Source of the DNA: Phycisphaerae bacterium
GTDB taxonomy: Bacteria > Planctomycetota > Phycisphaerae > JAJVII01
NCBI GenBank assembly: GCA_022072085.1
Contig: JAJVII010000018.1
Coordinates: 114,496 to 178,495 of the forward strand
Direction of reading: 5' to 3'
Length of the DNA: 64,000 nucleotides
The notes beneath the pieces were generated by a model, which was not told the DNA's origin, did not search any database, and saw only the letters and a list, made by a program, of their open reading frames with translations. The position numbers and the translations under genes were made by a program. This document shows positions 57,440 to 64,000 of this stretch, in pieces (within the stretch, counting starts at the first letter, position 1; every line of letters starts with the position of its first letter).

Positions 57440-58717
57440 ATGTCACAGGTGATCTGCAACGACAGCGGGCGGGTGCTGCTGCACTACGGCGAGGAAATCA
57501 GCCGATGGTCGCAGGCCCGCAAAATGCTCGACGTCCCCCAGCCCGGGCAGCGCGGCGAGTTGTGGCTCTACCTCGCCCAGTACGCCGGCAACCGCGTGCC
57601 GCTGGAGGTGAGCGTGAACGGGCGGGCAGCCGGCCGCATCAGCCCGTCGGCTTCCCTGGGCTGGGACTGGCGCTGTGTGACGGTCGGCCGCGGGCTGCTG
57701 AAGCGCGGCCGCAACCAGTTCGTGCTCAGCACGCGCAGCGACGAGCCCTGCACCTGGATTCTCGGCGTCGAGCCCGGCGGCGGGCGGGCGTCGGCGGTCT
57801 CGCTGGACGGCGGGCGGACCTGGCACGCCGACGCGAAGGGCCCGCAGCGTTTGTTCGCGGGAGAGTACCTCGCCCGGCTGTACCTGCCCGACCTGCCCGA
57901 TCGGCGCAAGCGCGTGAAGGTAATCTACGAGGACTTCGGCCACCCGCAACTGGCGGCGCTTCGTCGGCGGCTGAAACTCGGCCAGGCGCTGCGCGGCCGG
58001 CGGCACGCGATGGACAAGGTTCGCGCCCTGATGTCGCTGGTCGCCAAACTCTGGAAGGTCCGCGTGAAGGGCTGGACGCCCAGCGGCACGCCGGCTGAGG
58101 GAACCCGCACGGTCGCGCCATGGGACACGCTGACGACGCGGGCGTGGATGGAACGCAACAACGTGCAGCACGACCTCCAGCCGGTCGCCTTCTGCGTCCA
58201 TTTCGGCATCGCGATGGTGCAGTGCTGCGCCGCGGTGGGGCTCTACGCCAGGCCGGTAGTCATGGAAGCCGACGATCCGCGCTGTCCCAACGGGCACTTC
58301 TGCGCCGAGGTGTGGATTCCGCAGTGGAAGCGATGGGTCTACGTCGATCCCGATCACGATATCTGCTACCGCCGCGGCGACGAATACCTGAACCTCGCCC
58401 AGGTCTCCGACGCGTCGCTGTCGGGGCGGCTGGACGAAGTGACGCCGGAGTTCGGGCCCAGCTTCGGCTACGACCCGCGGCTGGTCCCGGGGCAGGAGTG
58501 GCGGTTCCACAAGTTCGGCGGCTACAACCGGTGGGGAATCTATCCGCGGACGGACTTCTTCAGCACGCCGGGCGTGCATCCGGTGCACCACGGCCATGGG
58601 AACTACCGATTCGCGGGGTTCATCTGGTACGACGACCCGCGGCTGGAGCGGCGGCACTGGTTTCCGCGCTACACGGCGGACCTGGAGGCGATCTACGCGC
58701 CGCCGCCGGGGCAGTGA
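57440..58717 (+). CDS. Transglutaminase-like domain protein
   Basis: AFCVHF, GHFCAEVWIPQWKRWVYVDP. Confidence 0.78.
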   Translation: MSQVICNDSGRVLLHYGEEISRWSQARKMLDVPQPGQRGELWLYLAQYAGNRVPLEVSVNGRAAGRISPSASLGWDWRCVTVGRGLLKRGRNQFVLSTRSDEPCTWILGVEPGGGRASAVSLDGGRTWHADAKGPQRLFAGEYLARLYLPDLPDRRKRVKVIYEDFGHPQLAALRRRLKLGQALRGRRHAMDKVRALMSLVAKLWKVRVKGWTPSGTPAEGTRTVAPWDTLTTRAWMERNNVQHDLQPVAFCVHFGIAMVQCCAAVGLYARPVVMEADDPRCPNGHFCAEVWIPQWKRWVYVDPDHDICYRRGDEYLNLAQVSDASLSGRLDEVTPEFGPSFGYDPRLVPGQEWRFHKFGGYNRWGIYPRTDFFSTPGVHPVHHGHGNYRFAGFIWYDDPRLERRHWFPRYTADLEAIYAPPPGQ

Positions 58718-58729
58718 CGGCGTCGCCGG

Positions 58730-60475
58730 TCACCGGGATATCTTCAGCTCGGTCGCCTGGCCGGGCTTGATCTGGAGCTTCTCGATGGTGACCAGACCCC
58801 ATGGGTCGGCCGTCACGTCGCCGGACTGGCCGCTCGAGGCGGACCACTTGAACTTGTCGCCGGCCTTGGGCTTGAACTGCTGGCACTGCCGCGGCGTGAC
58901 GTCGACGGTCATCGCGTCCCTGCACAGCGAGTTGCTGATCTTCGCGGACCAGGAGTCGGCCGTCTCGGCGACGTCGGTCCAGTCGAAGCCCAGGTTGATG
59001 CCGCCCTCGAGTTGGCCGTCCTTGACGACGCGGACCTTGCGTTCCTTGCCGTTTTCAGTGACCGTTTTTTCGACCAGCTCGCCGCTGCCGATGTCGTCGT
59101 TGATCGAGCTGTTGCCGAAGGCCGGGTAGCTCAGGTTCAGCGCGAACTTCTGCGGCGGGTAATACTTCATCACCTCGCGCATCGGGACCGCGCCGCTGGA
59201 GTGGTCGCCGTCGTTCCAGGCGAAGGCAAAGCCGTGGTGGGCGGCTGTCATCGCCGCGACCATGTCGACCTGCTCCTTGAACGATGCGAAGCCGTCGCGC
59301 CGCCCGCAGCACCAGCCCAGGAACGGCAGGTCGCCGTGGTTCTCGACGGCGAACTTCGTCATGTCCATCCGCTCGTAATAGTCGGTCTTGCCGTCGGGCA
59401 TGAGCACCGGCGGGGTCATCTTCGTCAGCGCCGGCAGGCCGCGCTGTTTCGTGCGGGGCCGGTTGGGATAGACCGCCGCAAACAGACCGGCCTGGCGGAA
59501 GGCGAACGTGCTGGAGCCCCACGCGCCCATCGAGCCGCCGGTCGCGTAGACGCGGTTGGGATCGACGCCGTAGCGGTCGATCACCCAACGCACCATCCAG
59601 AGGGCGCGCATCTCGGTGAAGTTGTAGGCCCGCGGCGGGTCGTTCGACCCCTGCGGCTTGCAGTAGTAGCCGAACCAGTAGGTCTCGACGGTGCTCATGC
59701 CGTCGGGGCGCACCATCGTCTCGCGGGAGTTGAACTCCAGCCGCCGCCCGACGTCCTTGCCGTAGTCGCGCTCGTGAACGGTAAACTCCCACGGCAGGCC
59801 GTCGCGATAACCCCAGTCCCGCCGGCTCCACATCAGGTAATAATCGCCGTGGTCGTAGCCCGGCCCGCCCTGGGCGCTGCTGGCGTGCAGGTTCACCATC
59901 AGCGGGAGATTCTTCGCGCCGGTCACCTTGACGACGGCGGCGTATTGCCCGCGGGTCGCGCTGTCGCCGATCTTGATCGGCTGGATCGGGGCAACCTTCT
60001 CCTCGACCGCCTCGGTCGTCGCCGACTGGCTGGGGACGACCTGGCTGACAGCCTTGCCGGACAGGTCGGTCGCGACGACGGCGTAGAAGCTCCTGCCGTC
60101 CTTCTCGACGGTGCGGACCGCCAGGCCGGACCACTCGGGCAGCGGCTGGCCGCCGGCGACAATGATCGCCATCGGCCGCTTGGGCTCGATCCGCGACTTG
60201 GCATTCATGCCGTATCCGTACTGGCAGGCCGAGTTGTTCTCGATGCCGCTGATGGCCAACTCGGCCGCCGCCAGGCTGTCCTGCGTGATCGGCTGGTCGC
60301 TGCGATAGAGGTTGTAGCGGAAGTCCTTGCCGGCTTCGCCCTCGGCGACGTCGGTCCAGGTGACGAACGTCTGGCCGTCGTGGGAGACGGCCTTGACGTT
60401 TGCGACCTTCGCGTCGTCGGCGAGGGCGGCGGCGCAAGCCAGCAGAACGGTCAGACAGAAGGCGAACGGCTTCAT
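58730..60475 (-). CDS. Secreted alpha/beta hydrolase-fold protein
   Basis: Signal peptide after AAGGAGG; VDPNRVYATGGSMGAWG elbow; RRD and GDH candidate triad residues. Confidence 0.8.
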   Translation of the reverse strand: MKPFAFCLTVLLACAAALADDAKVANVKAVSHDGQTFVTWTDVAEGEAGKDFRYNLYRSDQPITQDSLAAAELAISGIENNSACQYGYGMNAKSRIEPKRPMAIIVAGGQPLPEWSGLAVRTVEKDGRSFYAVVATDLSGKAVSQVVPSQSATTEAVEEKVAPIQPIKIGDSATRGQYAAVVKVTGAKNLPLMVNLHASSAQGGPGYDHGDYYLMWSRRDWGYRDGLPWEFTVHERDYGKDVGRRLEFNSRETMVRPDGMSTVETYWFGYYCKPQGSNDPPRAYNFTEMRALWMVRWVIDRYGVDPNRVYATGGSMGAWGSSTFAFRQAGLFAAVYPNRPRTKQRGLPALTKMTPPVLMPDGKTDYYERMDMTKFAVENHGDLPFLGWCCGRRDGFASFKEQVDMVAAMTAAHHGFAFAWNDGDHSSGAVPMREVMKYYPPQKFALNLSYPAFGNSSINDDIGSGELVEKTVTENGKERKVRVVKDGQLEGGINLGFDWTDVAETADSWSAKISNSLCRDAMTVDVTPRQCQQFKPKAGDKFKWSASSGQSGDVTADPWGLVTIEKLQIKPGQATELKISR

Positions 60476-60548
60476 GGCGTATCCTCCTTCGGGTCGGCGG
60501 ATCCGACGCACGCGTTAAACCCCTGCAATGGAGGCGAGTTGCCCCATA

Positions 60549-61751
60549 TCACGCCTCGACGATCGCGGCGCGGATGATGTCCGGGTTGTCGTTGAGGGCC
60601 CTAAGCATCGCCTCGCTGGGGGCCTTGCTGAGAGTCAGGCGGCAGACGGCCGCCTTGGCGCCGCGGAAGATGCGGTTCTCCATCTGCTCCACGTTGATGC
60701 CCTCGTCGCGGAGACAATCCAGCACGCCGGCCAGCACGCCCACCTTATCCAGGTGGCGCACGACCAGTCCGGCGGCCGCGTTCACCTCGCTGGGGGGCGC
60801 CATGTTCACGCAGTTGCCGACCTGGCCCGCGGTCAGGAAGCCGCCCAGGATGGCCATCGCCATCTCGGCCGTCTCGTCCTGGGCCTGCTCGGTCGAAGCG
60901 CCGATATGGTGCGTGCCGATCCAGTTGGGCACGTCGCGCAGCGGGTGGTCGAAGGCCTCGTCCGCGGCGCCGGGCTCGTCGGCGTAGACGTCCAGCCCGG
61001 CGCGGAGCTTGCCGGCCTTGAGGGCCTCAATCAGGGCGGCCTGATCGACGACTTCGCCGCGGGCGGTGTTGATGAGCATCGCCCCGGGCTTCATCGCCGC
61101 GATGAACTTCGCGTCGATCAGCCCCTTGGTCTCCTTGGCCTTGGCGACGTGCAGGCTGATGACATCGGCGCCTCGGGCGACCTCCAGCGGGGTCTTGCAG
61201 AAGCCGACGCCCAGGTCAGCCGCCCCGTCGGGGGTCAGGCTGCGCGACCAGGCGATGACCTTCATGCCGAACGCCCGGGCCCGCTCGACGACCAGCCGCC
61301 CGATCGCCCCGACGCCGACGACGCCCAGCGTCTTGCCCTTGATGCCGTCGGCCTTGGAGTAGAGTTTCTTGGCCCACTTGCCGGCGCGCAGGTCGGCGAC
61401 GTTGTCGGGGATGCGGCGGTCCAGGGCGAGCATCAGGCCGAGGGCCAGTTCCGCGACGGCGGCCGAGTTGGTCCCCGGGCAGTTGGCGACATAGATGCCG
61501 CGGCCGGCTGCGTGGTCGCAGTCGATGTTGTCCACGCCCGCGCCGGCGCGGATGATCAACGACAGACTCGGCGCGGCGTCGATGACCTCGCGGGTGACCT
61601 TGGTCGAGCGGACGATCAGCACATTGGCGTCGGCGACGGCCGCGGCGAGGGCGGCGTCCTTCAGGCCGGTCTTGACGATCGGCTCGGCGTGAAACGACCG
61701 CACGCGGTCCTCGCACCAGCCGGGCAACCTATCAGCGATGAAGATTTTCAT
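60549..61751 (-). CDS. serA: D-3-phosphoglycerate dehydrogenase-like protein with ACT domain
   Basis: RAGAGVDNID, GVVGVGAIG, INTARG, LDVYADEP, HIGASTEQAQ, HLDKVGVLA. Confidence 0.8.
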   Translation of the reverse strand: MKIFIADRLPGWCEDRVRSFHAEPIVKTGLKDAALAAAVADANVLIVRSTKVTREVIDAAPSLSLIIRAGAGVDNIDCDHAAGRGIYVANCPGTNSAAVAELALGLMLALDRRIPDNVADLRAGKWAKKLYSKADGIKGKTLGVVGVGAIGRLVVERARAFGMKVIAWSRSLTPDGAADLGVGFCKTPLEVARGADVISLHVAKAKETKGLIDAKFIAAMKPGAMLINTARGEVVDQAALIEALKAGKLRAGLDVYADEPGAADEAFDHPLRDVPNWIGTHHIGASTEQAQDETAEMAMAILGGFLTAGQVGNCVNMAPPSEVNAAAGLVVRHLDKVGVLAGVLDCLRDEGINVEQMENRIFRGAKAAVCRLTLSKAPSEAMLRALNDNPDIIRAAIVEA

Positions 61752-61789
61752 GGTGTTTCTCCTGTGGGATGGATTGTCGCACGAAGAAC

Positions 61790-61904
61790 CCCGGCGTCAA
61801 GGAGACGCCGGGCCTGGGGGGAGAAGAACGAGTCGCGGGGATTGGGGAAGCAAGCATCCGGGAAGTCGCGTCCTCCCCAAGCCCCGGGTCTCCTTGACCC
61901 GGGG
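61790..61904. repeat. Inverted pair of REP-like palindromes downstream of the transposase
   Basis: CCCGGCGTC-AAGGA-GACGCCGGG-CCTGGGG at 61790 and a reverse-oriented variant at 61874-61904. Confidence 0.85.
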
Positions 61905-61932
61905 GAAGCGTCCGGAACCCATCCCGCACCGA

Positions 61933-62475
61933 TCATGTCCGCAACCAACTGTGAAAGAGATCCCCCTGGTCAACGTGCCCCCACAGGTACGCCAGCGCCG
62001 ACTTGACGGCGGCGGCGTCGGGGAGCGACCGCATGTGGCGCCCTTCCACCCACCAGCGCGGGCGGGGCGGCGGCGGCGGGCCCAGCGCCCTGCTCGCAGC
62101 CTGCTTGTAGCGCCCCACCGCGGGACGGATGTGGGTCTCGGGAAAGCAGGCGACGAGGTGAACGTGCCAGCTCCCCAACACGATCAGGCCCGGCTGGACG
62201 TTGGGCTTCATTCGCTCGATGCGATCCGCGGTCGCGATCAGGGCCGCTTTCTGTTATCGGCCGGTCAGGAAGATCGCGCCCCTGGAAAGGGACCGGGCGT
62301 ACTCGAACAGCGCCCGGTATCGCCGGGCGTCGTAGACGTCTTCACCGGGCGCGGCGTAACGGACGGGCGGGGGGACGTGCTGGCGGCCTCGACGCGTCTG
62401 AAAGCCCCGCGGGTCGCCCGGCAACCATGCGCCGTAGGTGGACCAGGTGACCAACCAGGGCTTCAGGTCGATCAT
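61933..62475 (-). pseudogene. REP-associated/IS200-like HUH tyrosine transposase with one in-frame stop
   Basis: TWSTYGAWLPGDPRG, WHVHLV (HUH), ALAYL; the two ORF-track pieces share a frame and are split by TAA at 62254-62256. Confidence 0.8.
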
Positions 62476-62501
62476 GGGGACGCCTCGCGGAAGGCGGATT
62501 T

Positions 62502-62560
62502 CCCGGCGTCAAGGAGACGCCGGGCTTGGGGAAGAAGGAGACGCCGGGCTTGGGGAAGAA
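62502..62560. repeat. REP-like palindrome plus partial tandem copy upstream of the transposase
   Basis: CCCGGCGTCAAGGAGACGCCGGGCTTGGGGAAG then AAGGAGACGCCGGGCTTGGGGAAGAA. Confidence 0.85.
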
Positions 62561-62596
62561 CATTGCAGTGGGAGTTTTCACCCCCGGACCCCTGCG

Positions 62597-63649
62597 CTAC
62601 AGTTCGTCCTCGTCGGACTCCATCGTGTCGCGCCAGTCGTCGATGTTTTCGAGGTAGACGGCGGTCCCGCGGGCGACGCAGGTGAGGGGGTCGTCGGCCA
62701 AGCGGCAGTCCAAGCCGGTCGCGTTGGCCAGCACGCGGTTCATGCCGCGCAACAGAGCCCCGCCGCCGGCCAGCACGATGCCGTGATCGACCAGGTCGGC
62801 GGCCAGTTCGGGCTCGGCCTTCTCCAGGGTGCGGGTGACGGTCTCGACGATCTGGCCGACGGGCTCCTTGAGGGCCTCGCGGATCTCCTCGGACGAGACG
62901 ATGGTCTTGCGCGGCAGGCCGGAGATCATGTCGCGGCCGCGGACCTCCATCGTCTGCTCCTCGCCGACGGGGTAGGCCGAGCCGATCTCGATCTTGACCC
63001 GCTCAGCCGTCTGCTCGCCGATCATCAGGTTGTAGGTGCGTTTCATGTGGTTGATGATGGCCTCGTCCATGTCGTCGCCGGCGACGCGGATGGACTCGCA
63101 GACGGAGATGTCAGCCAGCGTGAGGATGGCCACCTCGGTGGTGCCGCCACCGATGTCGACGATCATCGAGCCGGTGGGCTCGGTGATGGGCAGCAGGGCG
63201 CCGATGGCGGCGGCCTTGGGCTCCTCGACGAGGTAGCATCGGCGGGCGCCGGCGCGTTCGGCGCTGTTGAGGACGGCCCGCTTCTCGACAGCGGTAATGC
63301 CCGAGGGAATGGCGATGACGACGCGCGGCTTGAGGAAGCTGCGGCGTCCGTGGACCTTGCGGATGAAGTAGCTGAGCATCGCCTCGGTGATGTCAAAGTC
63401 GGCGATGACGCCGTCCTTGAGCGGTCGGATGGCGGTGATCGAGCCGGGGGTCTTGCCGAGCATCTGCTTGGCGACCAGCCCGACGGCGTTGCCGTTGTCC
63501 AGGACCTGGTTGGTGCCACGCTTGACGGCGACGACGGAGGGCTCGTTCAGGACGATGCCTTCGCCGCGGACACAGACCAGGGTGTTGCAGGTGCCCAGGT
63601 CGATGCCCATGTCGGTTGAGAAGTGACCTAAGATGGAGTCGAACAGCAC
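62597..63649 (-). CDS. mreB: Rod shape-determining protein MreB
   Basis: GIDLGT, NEPSVVA, RPLKDGVIADF, DIGGGTTEVA, GGGALL; GTG start after GAGGGG. Confidence 0.96.
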   Translation of the reverse strand: MLFDSILGHFSTDMGIDLGTCNTLVCVRGEGIVLNEPSVVAVKRGTNQVLDNGNAVGLVAKQMLGKTPGSITAIRPLKDGVIADFDITEAMLSYFIRKVHGRRSFLKPRVVIAIPSGITAVEKRAVLNSAERAGARRCYLVEEPKAAAIGALLPITEPTGSMIVDIGGGTTEVAILTLADISVCESIRVAGDDMDEAIINHMKRTYNLMIGEQTAERVKIEIGSAYPVGEEQTMEVRGRDMISGLPRKTIVSSEEIREALKEPVGQIVETVTRTLEKAEPELAADLVDHGIVLAGGGALLRGMNRVLANATGLDCRLADDPLTCVARGTAVYLENIDDWRDTMESDEDEL

Positions 63650-63832
63650 GGGCCGTCCCCTCATCAGGTGAACGGGTCAACCTGGACCGAAGCGGCTCCG
63701 GACGCCCGGAACCACCCAGATGCGCTGAACCTGAAATCCCGGTTATTATCGGTCAGGCGAACGGCTTCTAAACAGGAAAAGTGCGGATTGCGCAAGCGGC
63801 CTTCTCGATCGCTGCCTCGCGCCGCGGCGGGC

Positions 63833-64000
63833 TCAGGCGATCCGCTCGATCGGGGCGACCGCAACGGTGTCGAGGATCCGCATGCTGGCGGCCGGCTTGT
63901 TGGCAGCGCCCGGGACGGCCGGCGGGTTCTGCACCTCGGGACGCACCACCAGCAGTTCCCACGCCAAAGCCGCGGCCACGAACAGACAGGCCACGATGAC
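63833..64000 (-). CDS. 3' end of a probable membrane protein entering from the right edge
   Basis: Manual translation VIVACLFVAAALAWELLVVRPEVQNPP..IERIA*. Confidence 0.5.
   Translation of the reverse strand, partial: VIVACLFVAAALAWELLVVRPEVQNPPAVPGAANKPAASMRILDTVAVAPIERIA

Noticed and set aside
62254-62256. Programmed readthrough of the transposase stop
   Set aside because: TAA is not a usual recoded stop and no recoding signal is visible; a nonsense mutation or sequencing error is simpler.

Overview
High-GC bacterial chromosome segment, most likely Planctomycetota (Phycisphaerae-like). This is inferred from PEP-CTERM proteins, PQQ/NHL propeller families, a sulfatase, mreB and T-T/S-x-P linkers. 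1-21.6 kb is a cluster of large secreted proteins (FG-GAP, LRR, lyase/hydrolase-like, two PEP-CTERM, two FlgD-Ig/NHL propellers, a PQQ propeller) with a GntR/LacI regulator and a clear sigma-54 promoter. 21.6-32 kb holds mixed enzymes. Two less GC-rich defence-like inserts follow: C5-methyltransferase with an extra N-terminal domain + DUF4928-like nuclease + small basic ORF + Vsr, and an ABC ATPase + TOPRIM-like pair. Core genes include tRNA-Leu(GAG), rpmE, prfA, panE, a serA-like gene and mreB, plus a nonsense-disrupted REP-associated tyrosine transposase flanked by REP-like repeats. Best novelty candidates: a ~300-nt nested multi-stem non-coding RNA between tRNA-Leu and rpmE; an exported HDAC11-like lipoprotein lacking most catalytic residues; an orphan, apparently chimeric PEP-CTERM tail; and the B3-like domain fused to the methyltransferase. 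All family calls come from motif recognition by eye; no searches were run.
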